Positions 11,366 through 21,628 of a DNA stretch of 64,000 bases are shown one piece after another; positions within the stretch are counted from its first letter, which is position 1, and every line of letters starts with the position of its first letter. The stretch spans positions 1,799 through 65,798 of the forward strand of contig JAPTTX010000025.1 of the NCBI GenBank assembly GCA_028068195.1, read 5' to 3'. The translations under genes and the position numbers were made by a program. Below the pieces are notes generated by a model that did no database searches, was not told the DNA's origin, and worked only from the letters and a program-made list of their open reading frames with translations. The DNA is from Gammaproteobacteria bacterium. GTDB taxonomy: Bacteria; Pseudomonadota; Gammaproteobacteria; Acidiferrobacterales; UBA6901.

Positions 11366-12856
11366 TCAGATTCCGATCGGCCGGTTCTGTGTCGCCCCGA
11401 CCTGGGTGAGCACGAAAGGCAGTGGAAACTGCTCGCGGTATTCCTCGGGAAGGTCGAACAGGGCCTGCTTGAAGGCATCCGGTGCAAATAGCATGGGGAT
11501 GATGTTGTTGTAGGCAGCGGCGTCTTCCGCGAGCCGCAGGGTTCCTTTGTGGACCTCAAGATAACCCAGTTCGGACAACGCCGATATCAGGTCCCTGTAT
11601 GTCGCCTGAACATCCACCCCGTATTTTTCGTCGATGTGACGGACGTTGACCGCGGTAAAACGCAGCTGACTCACCAGTTCCCGCGCCATCTCCAATTCCG
11701 GCGTGATGCGCTCTGTCTCCAGAACCGGAAGTTGGCCTTCATCGAGAGAGCGGTAATAGTTCTTTAGCCCGATGTGGTTCTGATAGAGCACCCGCGGCGC
11801 GTAACCCATCGACGATATGCCCAGGGCAACGAGTGGAACATTTTCCCAGCGGCGCAGTTGGTGGCGGAACGAGGCGCGTCCCGGACGGATGAAAATATTC
11901 TGCAGAACAGGCTCGAACCCCTCCTGGTCCAAGAGCTGTCTGGCATGACGGAATATGGCAAGCTTGCGTTCATGATGTTCGTCACGGGCCGGCAGGAACC
12001 GAACGCGGTCGTGGTCGCAACGCTGTGAGTCGAGCGAATAGATCGACAGCCCCGGAACCCCAAGCCCGATGAGCTGCGTAAGTGTGCCGGCCAGCGCACC
12101 GTCGGCCTCGCCCTCGAATCCATACATGGTGTCCACGTTGACGTTGCCGATAATCTCAACCGCCTGACTGATCTCCGCGATGGCTGCCGGCACAGAGTAG
12201 TCACGGTTCAGGCCTGCCAGCATCGCGGAATCGAGCGACTGTATCCCGTAGCTCACCCGGTTCACACCAAGTCCCAACAGCAACGCCAGACGGTCACGCG
12301 GGATCGTCCCGGGTGCCGACTCGATGCTCACCTCAGCATCTTCGGTAAAACGGAAGTTCCGGTGTATGCCATCGAGCAGCCGCTGCAGCAGGCGGTCGCC
12401 AAGGTAGGTCGGTGTGCCACCGCCGATATAAACCGACTCGCAACGACTGTGTTCAAGCGCCGGCGCATACGCCGCCATTTCACGCAACAGGTAATCCACG
12501 TACCGCTGCATCTCGTCTTCGTGGCTTCCGGGAATGACCGGGTAGTAACAGAATCTGCACAGTGATGCACAGAACGGCACATGTGCATAGATGCTGTAGC
12601 GTCCGCACACCACCGTCGGCTCGGAGAACAGCGTCATTGCGTTTACCGGAGCGCGGGATTTCGGAGTAATAGGCGGGGGGAAAGTCCAGTCAAAGCAAGG
12701 AAAATAGTCGTTCTGGATGCGCAAGGCTGATGCGATGCGGTGCTTTAGCGCCTTCGGGTCGAAGGCGGCCAGCGCAGCAGTGCTGCCGTTGGATCCAATT
12801 ACCGGGGCATCGATAAGGCGTGAGCGCTTGTTGATGGTATCGTGGTAGCGTTTCAC
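11366..12856 (-). CDS. HemN-like (coproporphyrinogen III oxidase family) radical SAM protein
   Basis: YAHVPFCASLCRFC (CxxxCxxC), IGGGTPT, NRVSYGIQS; GTG start 12856 with GGAGG RBS; true-HemN motifs not seen. Confidence 0.85.
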   Translation of the reverse strand: MKRYHDTINKRSRLIDAPVIGSNGSTAALAAFDPKALKHRIASALRIQNDYFPCFDWTFPPPITPKSRAPVNAMTLFSEPTVVCGRYSIYAHVPFCASLCRFCYYPVIPGSHEDEMQRYVDYLLREMAAYAPALEHSRCESVYIGGGTPTYLGDRLLQRLLDGIHRNFRFTEDAEVSIESAPGTIPRDRLALLLGLGVNRVSYGIQSLDSAMLAGLNRDYSVPAAIAEISQAVEIIGNVNVDTMYGFEGEADGALAGTLTQLIGLGVPGLSIYSLDSQRCDHDRVRFLPARDEHHERKLAIFRHARQLLDQEGFEPVLQNIFIRPGRASFRHQLRRWENVPLVALGISSMGYAPRVLYQNHIGLKNYYRSLDEGQLPVLETERITPELEMARELVSQLRFTAVNVRHIDEKYGVDVQATYRDLISALSELGYLEVHKGTLRLAEDAAAYNNIIPMLFAPDAFKQALFDLPEEYREQFPLPFVLTQVGATQNRPIGI

Positions 12857-13046
12857 GGTTCCCTCCGCATGATTGTTCTGATTCCCTGAGATACGGCGCC
12901 CACGGCTCAAATTCGGCGGGCAGAGGCAGTCTAAGCCGGCCGGCCGGCTTCTGCAACAGCATAACCGCAACAGCGAATTCTGGTGGCCCGGTCAGCAAGC
13001 CGCGTGTCGCGCGGGCGGCCATCCACTGGCCCTGCCAGACAGGGGC

Positions 13047-16000
13047 TTACGCGGGGGCGACGCCCTTCCCTTCACGGCGCCCTTCATAAACGTAGTATAC
13101 GAGGGGAATCACGAACAGCGTCAGCACGGTCGAGGCAAAGGTGCCCGATATGAGCGATATGGCCAGCCCGCCGAAGACCGGATCGGTGACCATGGCCGCC
13201 GTGCCCAGGATGATCGCGAACGCAGTCAGCAGGATCGGCCGCATGCGCGTGGTGCCGGCCTGGACCACGGCCTCGCGCAGCCCGTGTCCGGCGCGGCGGA
13301 AATCCAGGATGAAATCGATCAGCAGCAGTGAATTGCGCACGACGATGCCGGCAAGCGCAATTACCCCGATCATGGACGTTGCGGTGAAGTAGTAATGCCC
13401 TTCGATTAGGTCCATGATCGCGTGCCCCGGAAATACGCCAATGATGGTCAAAGGTATCGCCCCCATCACAATAAGCGGAATCACAAACGACCGGTAGTAG
13501 GCAACCAGGATCACGTAAATAAGCACGATCGCAACCGCGAATGCGCGCCCCAGATCCCGGAACACATCCAGCGTGAGACGCATTTCGCCGCCCCAGCGCA
13601 AGCCGTAACTGGTCGTGGCAGGGTAGGACATGAAGTCCTGCTTGAGCTTCACGCCATCCGGAAGCCGGTGCGTGCGAAGGTACTGCCACATGTGCAGGAC
13701 CGCATACACCGGACTTCCGGTGCCCATTTCTCCGGTCACATATACGACCGGCCGTTGATCCTGGAAGAGAATCGGCTTGGGGGCTTCAACCGGCCGGATC
13801 TGTGCGATCTTGCCCAGAGAAATCTCGTTGCCTGCCGGGTTGGTGAAAAAGATATTGTATAGGTCGGTCGGTAGAACGCGGTCTGAGACCGGAATCTGGA
13901 AATGAATGAACACCGGCTCCTTTTCCCTGGCGATGTGCACGGCGCCGGCATCGTACCCACCGAGAAATGCCTGCAGGGTCTGTGCAACTTCTACAGGCAG
14001 TATCCCGGCGAGCGCCGCTTTCCGGCGATCGACCACGATGCGGTATTGCGTCGTGTCCGCCGTGTCGCTGTCGTCAATGTCAACCACATCCTTGGTCTTG
14101 GCGAATACGTCGTAGCGCACTTCCTTGGCTATCTGGCGCAGCTTGCTGTAGCTCGGTCCATACAATTCGGCCAGTACGGTGGCACGCACCGGCGGTCCCG
14201 GTGGTTCCTCGACCAGCTTGATGTTGGCGCCGGTTCTGGCTTCGAGTCTCGTGATGGCGGGCCGTAGCGACCGCACTATCTGGATGGAACTCCTGCTGCG
14301 GTAGCGCTTGTCCTTCAGGTTGACGCGCACCTCGGCGTACTGCGGTCCCGTCTTGAAGGTCGAACCCCGCAGCAGGCCGTTGAAATCGATGACCCCCGGA
14401 CGCCCCACCGTCGCCTCGAAGTTGGTGACATCCGGCGTTGTACGCAGAATATCCCCGATCCTTCGGACCACGCGATCGGTTTGCTCGAGCGCGGTGCCAG
14501 CCGGCATGTCCACGGTAATATTGAACGTATCGGCATTGTTCTTGGGCAGCATCTTAAACTGAACAAGCCTGAATATAGGCATGGCGAGGACCAGCAGCAT
14601 AAGCAGCGCTATGCCCACGAAAAATCCGATCCGCAAACCGCGCTTGTCGAGCAGCTTGCCCATGATTGCGGCGTAGCCTCTCTCCAGCCTTCCCGGTGCA
14701 TGTCCTTCCACGTGCTGCCCGGGCTTGAGGTGGAGCCAGCGGTATGCCGCCCAGGGCGCCACCGAGTAGGCAATGGCCAGAGACGTGATCATGGCCACCG
14801 GGACGTTGAACGGTATGGGTGCCATGTATGGTCCCATCATGCCGTGGACCCAGAACATCGGCAGGAACGCGAGTATCACGGTGAAAGTCGCAAGATTGGT
14901 GGGCCGTCCGATCTCGTTGACTGCGCGCACCGCCCCGGCGAGACGGTCGGCGCCCTTCCTGCTGTAATGGCGGAATATGTTCTCGATGACTACGATCGAG
15001 TCGTCCACCATGAGGCCGAGCGAAAGGATGAGCGCGAACAGCGTGATGCGGTTCAGGCTCTGGCCAGCGGCCATGCCGACCGCCAGTGTGATGAACATGA
15101 TCAGCGGAATGGTAATCGTGACAATACTGGCTGCCCGCCATCCGAGAAATACCACCAGCAGCAGCACCACGGTAGCAATGGCGATCGTCAGGTGCTCGAT
15201 CAGTGTATTGACCGCCTCGTTCGCGCGCTTCCCGTCGTCGCGCGTGATATCGACGTGTACCGCTGGCGGGATCAGCTGCGGCTGTATGCGGTGGAGCTCC
15301 GACAGAACAGCGCTTGCTACCGCTACGGCATTGGTGCCCTTGGTCTTCGCGATCGCAATGGTCACCGCCGGTTCCTCAAAGTCCGGGCTGCGCACCCCGG
15401 TATAGGCCGGACCGTAGCCGATGCGGTGCACGTACGTGATATCACCGGGACCGTCGGTTATGGTTGCGATGTCCTTCAGATAAACCGGCTTATGGCCGTA
15501 GAGGGAGACAACGAGATTGCGCACCTCATGGGCGTTGCGCAGCATGCCGCCGGCGATGACCGTGCTCACCCTGCCGTTGCTGACCAAGGTGCCGGATGGA
15601 ATATCGACGTTGGTTGCCTCAAGTACCCTGCGGATGTCGAAGAGGCTGACGTTGTAGTGACGCATTCTATCCAGATCGAGGTTTACATTGATCTGTCGCC
15701 GGCGTCCTCCCAGAAGATAAGTCAGAGATGTTCCCTTGACGCGGCGCAGATGCTCCAGCACGTCGTCGGCCACCCGCCGCAAGTCGTAGTCATCCATGGT
15801 GGCCGAGGAAAGCGTGATGGTCATTATCGGCACGTTGTCCACATTTACCGGCTTCACAAGCGGCAGGTTGGTGCCGGGCGGCATACGGTCAAGGTTGCTC
15901 ATGATGCGGTCGTAGAGCCTGACCATCGATGCCTCCCGGTTCTCTCCGACCTTGAACCGGACGGTTACGATGCCCATGGACTCCGTGGCGATTCCGTATG

Positions 16001-16295
16001 TATGGTCGACCCCCGTGAGGCCCTGCAGGATCGCCTCCAGCGGCTTGATGATCAGCTGTTCGACCTCCTTGGGCGAGGCGCCGGGTTTGGTGACGATGAT
16101 GTTGGCTGCCGGAACCACGATTTCCGGATTCTCCTCGCGCGGAGTCGAGCTGAGTGCCAGCGCTCCGGCGAGTACGGAAACGATTAGAATAAGGACGGTC
16201 ACCTTGCTGTCGACAAAGTAGCTCGTAATGCGCCCGGCAAGGTTCATGCGGTGTGCATCGTTCTCGCGCTTGTGCGGATTCGTCGGCTCGGACAC
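13047..16295 (-). CDS. RND efflux permease, AcrB/AcrD/AcrF family
   Basis: 1082 aa; GLMVDDSIVVIENI, GIVVRNSLLLIDF, RMRPILLT; two TM bundles. Confidence 0.95.
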   Translation of the reverse strand: MSEPTNPHKRENDAHRMNLAGRITSYFVDSKVTVLILIVSVLAGALALSSTPREENPEIVVPAANIIVTKPGASPKEVEQLIIKPLEAILQGLTGVDHTYGIATESMGIVTVRFKVGENREASMVRLYDRIMSNLDRMPPGTNLPLVKPVNVDNVPIMTITLSSATMDDYDLRRVADDVLEHLRRVKGTSLTYLLGGRRRQINVNLDLDRMRHYNVSLFDIRRVLEATNVDIPSGTLVSNGRVSTVIAGGMLRNAHEVRNLVVSLYGHKPVYLKDIATITDGPGDITYVHRIGYGPAYTGVRSPDFEEPAVTIAIAKTKGTNAVAVASAVLSELHRIQPQLIPPAVHVDITRDDGKRANEAVNTLIEHLTIAIATVVLLLVVFLGWRAASIVTITIPLIMFITLAVGMAAGQSLNRITLFALILSLGLMVDDSIVVIENIFRHYSRKGADRLAGAVRAVNEIGRPTNLATFTVILAFLPMFWVHGMMGPYMAPIPFNVPVAMITSLAIAYSVAPWAAYRWLHLKPGQHVEGHAPGRLERGYAAIMGKLLDKRGLRIGFFVGIALLMLLVLAMPIFRLVQFKMLPKNNADTFNITVDMPAGTALEQTDRVVRRIGDILRTTPDVTNFEATVGRPGVIDFNGLLRGSTFKTGPQYAEVRVNLKDKRYRSRSSIQIVRSLRPAITRLEARTGANIKLVEEPPGPPVRATVLAELYGPSYSKLRQIAKEVRYDVFAKTKDVVDIDDSDTADTTQYRIVVDRRKAALAGILPVEVAQTLQAFLGGYDAGAVHIAREKEPVFIHFQIPVSDRVLPTDLYNIFFTNPAGNEISLGKIAQIRPVEAPKPILFQDQRPVVYVTGEMGTGSPVYAVLHMWQYLRTHRLPDGVKLKQDFMSYPATTSYGLRWGGEMRLTLDVFRDLGRAFAVAIVLIYVILVAYYRSFVIPLIVMGAIPLTIIGVFPGHAIMDLIEGHYYFTATSMIGVIALAGIVVRNSLLLIDFILDFRRAGHGLREAVVQAGTTRMRPILLTAFAIILGTAAMVTDPVFGGLAISLISGTFASTVLTLFVIPLVYYVYEGRREGKGVAPA

Positions 16296-16315
16296 GGTTT
16301 CCCCTTTGTCGGCTT

Positions 16316-16693
16316 CTATTTTCGGCGCACCGTGATCGGGCTGCCGTCATGTACGTCGGCGAGATTCCCGAGAACCAGGGTCTCGTTGCCCGACAGGCCG
16401 CTCAGAACTTCAAGCCGGCCATCGACGAGTTTTCCGGCTCTGACCATGCGGAAGCGGGCGAGCCCGTCCCGCAAGACGAACACCCCGGGAATGCCTCCCC
16501 GCACCACAAATGCCGCCGGCGGGATGAGCACCTCGGTCACGGCCGATGGTGGAGACCTGAGTGTCATGACCGGCCGCAAGAGCGGGGGAAGCACAAGCGG
16601 CGCCGATGCAGGTTTGCCAGCGCACGCCGCGAGCGCCAAAGACAACAGCAGTGCTGTCGCCGGCGCTCCCGGCCGCATGAATCTATGGCCCAT
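16316..16693 (-). CDS. Short lipoprotein resembling the C-terminal domain of an RND periplasmic adaptor
   Basis: Lipobox-like LALAAC; LIPPAAFVVRGG...GRLEVLSGLSGNETLV resembles MFP C-termini; lies between tolC-like and RND genes; only 125 aa. Confidence 0.7.
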   Translation of the reverse strand: MGHRFMRPGAPATALLLSLALAACAGKPASAPLVLPPLLRPVMTLRSPPSAVTEVLIPPAAFVVRGGIPGVFVLRDGLARFRMVRAGKLVDGRLEVLSGLSGNETLVLGNLADVHDGSPITVRRK

Positions 16694-16714
16694 TTCCGGA
16701 CTCCTTACCTGCTA

Positions 16715-18052
16715 TCATTGCGGCGGGGCCAGTGTGCCTTCCGCCAGGGCCAGTGCCGCCTGATTAGTCGCCAGATCCAGCGAGGATGCGAGCTTTTCAT
16801 TGCGGGCTTCCACCAGCAACTGTTCCGCGTTGAGCACATCAAGCAGTATCGTTCGGCCCTCGCCATAGCGCTTCTTGACCAGGCGCACGGTTTGCCTTGC
16901 CCTGGCGACGTTCGCTGCCGCGATCCTGCGCCGTGCCATTGCCTCCCGGACCCCGTAGTAGGCAGCACGTACCTGATTGAGAATATCCTGCTGCAGATTC
17001 AGCGCGCGCAGTTCCGATTCGGTCTTCCGGTCGCGGGCATCATCAAGTTCGCTGGTGTCTCGGTTGCCGCTGAACAGGTTTATGCTGACCACGCCCATGA
17101 TGCTTTGGGAGTTGGCGGCGAAGCCGAGGTGGTGGCTGTACCAGTCGCTGGTTGCGACAAGGCTCACCTGCGGCTTGAATGCAGCGTGCGCCTCGTCGAT
17201 GCTGGCAGCGCTGGCCGATACCATCGAGCGCGCCGCCTCAAGGTCCTTGCGTGCAGCGAGTGCGCGCTGTTCCAGTACCGGCAGCGGATCGAGAGGTTCG
17301 ACCGCCGGCTCCCGCCAGGGGAGGAGTGCAATCGGGTCGTCAACCGGCATTCCCATGGCCAGCTTGAGCTGGTCGAGCGCCAGATGAACGCGGTCGTCAG
17401 CCTTGGCGCGCGCGCTTTCGACAGCTGCAAGGTTGAGTTCGGCAGTCATGCGGTCGGATACGACAATGCGGCCTTCGCGCACGAGACGCCGGGTGGTTTC
17501 GACGTGCCCGCGGGCGGCCACCACTGCGTCGTCGGCGATTTCCCGGCCATGGACGGTGGCCTGTGCCGCCAAATAGGCGCGCATTATCTGAAATATGGTC
17601 TCCTGGCGCAGCCGGCCAAGATTGAAGTCGACCGCCTGTTCGTGGTACCGGGCATTGCGCACTGCGGCGCCGAGCTTTCCGCCGGTATAGATCGGCATTT
17701 GCAGGGCGATTTCGGTCGTATTCACGGTACTGGCGCCGGGGTTGTTCAGCGCGCCAGCCGTGAAATCCGTTGCGGGGTCTACCGAGCGGGTGTTGAGCTT
17801 TCCGGCAAACACATCAAGCGGGTTGTCGCTGTTCTGCACCAGGTAGCGGGCATTGATTTGCGGGTAGCGACCCGATTTGGCCACGCCCACGCGCGCGCGC
17901 GCAGCACGCAGCTGCTGATCGCTTGCCCTGAGATCGAGATTGTGTCGCAATCCATAGCGGACCGCCTGATCCATCGTGACGAGGTCCTGCGCCGGGGCCA
18001 TGCGGAGGCTGCATGCGGCCAGCAACAAGGATAGAGCGAGTCTGATTCGCAT
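16715..18052 (-). CDS. TolC-family outer membrane efflux protein
   Basis: Signal peptide; YPQI, PIYTGG, YGEGRTILLDVLNAEQ OEP repeats; AGGAG RBS. Confidence 0.93.
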   Translation of the reverse strand: MRIRLALSLLLAACSLRMAPAQDLVTMDQAVRYGLRHNLDLRASDQQLRAARARVGVAKSGRYPQINARYLVQNSDNPLDVFAGKLNTRSVDPATDFTAGALNNPGASTVNTTEIALQMPIYTGGKLGAAVRNARYHEQAVDFNLGRLRQETIFQIMRAYLAAQATVHGREIADDAVVAARGHVETTRRLVREGRIVVSDRMTAELNLAAVESARAKADDRVHLALDQLKLAMGMPVDDPIALLPWREPAVEPLDPLPVLEQRALAARKDLEAARSMVSASAASIDEAHAAFKPQVSLVATSDWYSHHLGFAANSQSIMGVVSINLFSGNRDTSELDDARDRKTESELRALNLQQDILNQVRAAYYGVREAMARRRIAAANVARARQTVRLVKKRYGEGRTILLDVLNAEQLLVEARNEKLASSLDLATNQAALALAEGTLAPPQ

Positions 18053-18172
18053 TGCCCTCTCCTGAAGGGACGGCCTCCACCATGCCAGCGGTATGATTAT
18101 TATTTTTTCAGGACAGCATTTCCGCTAATGGTGCTGTCGCGGCGCGTCAATTTCAATAGGGCGATTCGGAAT

Positions 18173-18586
18173 TCACGCCGGCCTGACCACGGCCAGAATG
18201 ACTACCGCGACCAGAACCAGCGCAGGGAGCTCGTTGAGCCATCGGTAGAATACGTGGCTGTGTTGGTTGCGGTCGTGACGAAAATCAACGAGTAGCTTAC
18301 CGCAATAGATATGATACGCGACGAGAATGGCAACCAAAGGGATCTTGATATCAAGCCACAATCCGTGGAATCCGTAGCCGAGCCACAGCCAGAGCCCGAA
18401 CAGGATGGTCAGAACCGCCCCCGGGGTCATGATTCCGTAATAAAGCTTGCGCTCCATGATCTTGAAGCGCTCGCGGCTTACCGCGTCGTCCGCCATGGCG
18501 TGGTAGACAAAAAGTCTCGGTAGGTAAAAAAGACCCGCAAACCAGGTCACCATAAAGATGATGTGCAGGGACTTAACCCACAGCAT
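18173..18586 (-). CDS. hemJ: Protoporphyrinogen IX oxidase HemJ (CopD-like family)
   Basis: MLWVKSLHIIFMVTWFAGLFYLPRLFVYH, MERKLY, RWLNELP; 137 aa. Confidence 0.92.
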   Translation of the reverse strand: MLWVKSLHIIFMVTWFAGLFYLPRLFVYHAMADDAVSRERFKIMERKLYYGIMTPGAVLTILFGLWLWLGYGFHGLWLDIKIPLVAILVAYHIYCGKLLVDFRHDRNQHSHVFYRWLNELPALVLVAVVILAVVRPA

Positions 18587-18837
18587 CGAGGCCTCCGAAT
18601 TCCGCAATGGCTCCGTCGCCCGGTCCGGAGCGGTGATTTCCAGGCGTGCGATTGTATCCGGATTCGCTGACGGGCGCAGCCCGATCAGGTGTCCGGTGCG
18701 AACGTCACGGCCCTGCCTGAGGTGCCATGTGCGTGCGTTGTGGCGTCCCGCAGGTGCGCCGGATATGTTCGGGGCGGAACTCCCGAGGTCTCGCCTGATG
18801 TCCCGCATTGGGCCCGAGACGTGTCATCAGGCCGGGC

Positions 18838-20061
18838 CTATCCGCGGGCCTTGCGGTCGGTAGCCGGACGTGCCCGGTGCCCGTTATCCGGAAGGGCGGG
18901 GAGGAACAGTTCGATCAGATCGTTGAGGAAGCGTCGGCCCAGTTCCGTCGGCCACAGGTCGTCCCCGGTACGGCGGATCAGGCCTCTGTCTTCGGCTCTG
19001 CGCAGCGGCGCTTCAACCACCGAGAGTGGCAGGCCCGTACGCTCGGAGAACAGTGTGCCCGGAGTTGCCTGCTCGAGCCGCAGTGCGTTGAGCATGAATT
19101 CGAACGCGGCTTCCTCGGGAGACAGCTGCTGCTCTCCGCCGATGGCCGAAGGTGTCCCCGCGTGCAGCATATAGGCGTCCGGGTGTCGCAGTTTCCAGAG
19201 GCGGAGGATGCCGGATGTGTCCGTGATCTTGCCGTGTGCTCCGGCCCCGATGCCCAGGTAGTCCCCGAAGCGCCAGTAGTTCAGGTTGTGCTGACACTCG
19301 CGTCCCGCGAGGGCAAAGGCGGACACTTCGTACTTGCCATAACCAGCCTCGGCGACGCGTGCCAACAGCATCTGCTGCATGACCGCAGTGGCATCCTCGT
19401 CGGGAAGTTGCGGTGGCTTCGCGTGGAACAGCGTGTTGGGTTCGATGGTCAGCTGGTACATGGAAAGGTGCGCTGGCTGCAGGGCAAGTGCAGTATCGAC
19501 ATCCCGCAGTGCCGATTCTATGGTTTGCCCCGGCAGGCCGTGCATGAGGTCCAGATTGAAATTGTCAAAGCCGGCTTCCCGCGCTTCTGCTACAGCGCGC
19601 AGCGCCTCTTCGCTCCCGTGGATCCGGTCCAGCGCGCGCAGCGAATCCGGGTCAAAGCTCTGGATTCCGAGCGACAGACGGTTCACTCCGGCCGCACGAT
19701 ATCCGGCGAAATGGCCTGACTCCACGGCGCCAGGGTTCGCCTCCAGCGTGATCTCGACATCAGGAGGCAGGGGCAGACGCGCCCGTACTCCGGTCAGCAG
19801 GCGGTCAATAGCGTCAGGAGAAAACAGGCTTGGGGTACCGCCGCCGATGAAGATGGTGCGTACCGCACGTCCCCATACTCTCGGCAGATCGTGCTCCAGG
19901 TCGGCGATCAGCGCCTCGATATAGCGCACTTCGGGAACGCGGTTGCGCCCGCCCCGGCCGGCATCAAGTCCGTGGGAGTTGAAATCGCAGTACGGACACT
20001 TTTTCGCACACCAGGGGAGGTGGATGTAAAGTGACAGCGGCGGCAGCGCGGAGAAGTGCAA
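18838..20061 (-). CDS. hemW: Radical SAM heme chaperone HemW
   Basis: PPLSLYIHLPWCAKKCPYCDFNSH, HNLNYW, GIGAGAHGK; downstream of rdgB; TTG start at 20061 inferred. Confidence 0.93.
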   Translation of the reverse strand: MHFSALPPLSLYIHLPWCAKKCPYCDFNSHGLDAGRGGRNRVPEVRYIEALIADLEHDLPRVWGRAVRTIFIGGGTPSLFSPDAIDRLLTGVRARLPLPPDVEITLEANPGAVESGHFAGYRAAGVNRLSLGIQSFDPDSLRALDRIHGSEEALRAVAEAREAGFDNFNLDLMHGLPGQTIESALRDVDTALALQPAHLSMYQLTIEPNTLFHAKPPQLPDEDATAVMQQMLLARVAEAGYGKYEVSAFALAGRECQHNLNYWRFGDYLGIGAGAHGKITDTSGILRLWKLRHPDAYMLHAGTPSAIGGEQQLSPEEAAFEFMLNALRLEQATPGTLFSERTGLPLSVVEAPLRRAEDRGLIRRTGDDLWPTELGRRFLNDLIELFLPALPDNGHRARPATDRKARG

Positions 20062-20184
20062 ATTTGCAACCCTGACGAACAGGTGGACCAGAATTGTAGC
20101 ATCGTGTTCCGATGCAGGCAGAACTGAGGACCCGCCCGACGCCGGCTCCGTTCCGCCCCGCATCCGGGCCAACCCATTATGCGT

Positions 20185-20820
20185 TCATTGCGGCCGCTTG
20201 TGGCAAAGGGTTTCGGTACGGGCGAGCGCCGCCAGCAGTTGCCGCAGCGCCTGACCACGGTGGCTCAGTGTGTTTTTGATCTCGGGCCGAAGCTCGGCTG
20301 CAGAACAGCCGTGGGTAGGAACGTAAAACACCGGATCATACCCGAAGCCATTGCTGCCGCGCGCCTCGTGCAGGATGCGCCCCTCCCAGGTCCCGTGGCA
20401 GATGACGGGTGTTGGATCGAGGGCATGACGCAAAAATACCAGCACGCACTGGAAGCGGGCAGTGCGGCCGGGATCCGCCACCGCGCCCAGTTCAGCCAGC
20501 AGCTTTTCCAGGTTGCGGCGATCGTTGGATCCGGGCCCGGCATAGCGTGCCGAGTAAATGCCCGGCGCGCCGTCGAGCGCGTCTACCTCAAGGCCCGAGT
20601 CGTCGGCGAGCGCAGGCAGCCCGCTGTTGCTGGAGGCGTTGCGCGCCTTGATGATTGCATTTTCAACGAAGGTCAGGCCAGTCTCTTCGGCCTCCGGTAT
20701 CCCGAAGTCGGACTGGGGCAGGATCTCATAGCGAAGATCCTTGAGCAGTTCCGAGAATTCCCGCAGCTTGCCCGGATTGCCGCTCGCCAGCACGATCCTG
20801 TGGAACGGATGCGGGGTCAT
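20185..20820 (-). CDS. rdgB: dITP/XTP pyrophosphatase
   Basis: ASGNPGK, ADDSGL, GFGYDP, SHRGQA. Confidence 0.96.
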   Translation of the reverse strand: MTPHPFHRIVLASGNPGKLREFSELLKDLRYEILPQSDFGIPEAEETGLTFVENAIIKARNASSNSGLPALADDSGLEVDALDGAPGIYSARYAGPGSNDRRNLEKLLAELGAVADPGRTARFQCVLVFLRHALDPTPVICHGTWEGRILHEARGSNGFGYDPVFYVPTHGCSAAELRPEIKNTLSHRGQALRQLLAALARTETLCHKRPQ

Positions 20821-21539
20821 GCAGTCAGCCCGAGGGCGGCTCGCTGGAATTCGATCAGACGGCGTATGCCATCCGCTGCAAGTTCGGTCATGGCAAACAG
20901 GTCGTCGCGGCTGAAGGCCTCGCCCTCGGCTGTGCCCTGGATCTCGATGAATCCTCCAGCCTCATTCATGACGACGTTCATGTCAGTTGCGGCCGACGAG
21001 TCTTCGGTGTAGTCGAGATCGAGCACCGCCTGCCCTCCGTGGATGCCGACTGAAACGGAAGCAATGAGATGGCGTAGCGGGTTGCCGTGCAGCAGCCCCT
21101 TTGCGCGCAGACGTGCGATCGCGTCGTACAGGGCCACGCATCCCCCGGTAATCGACGCAGTGCGCGTTCCGCCATCTGCCTGAATCACGTCGCAGTCAAC
21201 GGTCAGGGTGCGCTCGCCGAGCTGTCTGAGATCGACCGCGGCGCGCAAAGACCGGCCGATCAGGCGCTGAATCTCCTGGGTACGCCCCCCTTGCCGGCCT
21301 TGCGCGGCTTCGCGCGCCATGCGGCTGCCAGTTGAGCGCGGCAGCATTCCGTACTCGGCGGTTACCCAGCCTTGACCCCTGCCCTTAAGGAACGCCGGGA
21401 CTCTTTCATCAACGCTCACGTTGCAGATGACCTTGGTGTCACCAAATTCGACAAGCACCGAGCCTTCGGCATGCCGGGTAAACTGGCGGGTGAATCGGAT
21501 GTTACGCAGTTCGTGGGGTTCGCGGCCGCTGGGTCTCAT
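20817..21539 (-). CDS. rph: Ribonuclease PH
   Basis: [36 protein letters not shown]. Confidence 0.98.
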   Translation of the reverse strand: MRPSGREPHELRNIRFTRQFTRHAEGSVLVEFGDTKVICNVSVDERVPAFLKGRGQGWVTAEYGMLPRSTGSRMAREAAQGRQGGRTQEIQRLIGRSLRAAVDLRQLGERTLTVDCDVIQADGGTRTASITGGCVALYDAIARLRAKGLLHGNPLRHLIASVSVGIHGGQAVLDLDYTEDSSAATDMNVVMNEAGGFIEIQGTAEGEAFSRDDLFAMTELAADGIRRLIEFQRAALGLTA

Positions 21540-21628
21540 GCGTGCAAGGGGGTCGATTTATTGCCAGCGCGCATTGTACAGCAATCGGCGTGCCCCAAGG
21601 GGATGCCGAGCGCGCGGGTTTCGCCTGC

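Noticed and set aside
11366-12856. Calling this gene hemN
   Set aside because: True-HemN motifs not seen; left as HemN-like
14481-18034. Plus-strand ORFs of 568 and 593 aa opposite the RND and TolC genes
   Set aside because: Antisense shadows of confident minus-strand genes
18587-18837. Possible long hairpin in the hemW-hemJ spacer
   Set aside because: Pairing relies on many G-U pairs in GC-rich sequence; indistinguishable from chance without covariation data
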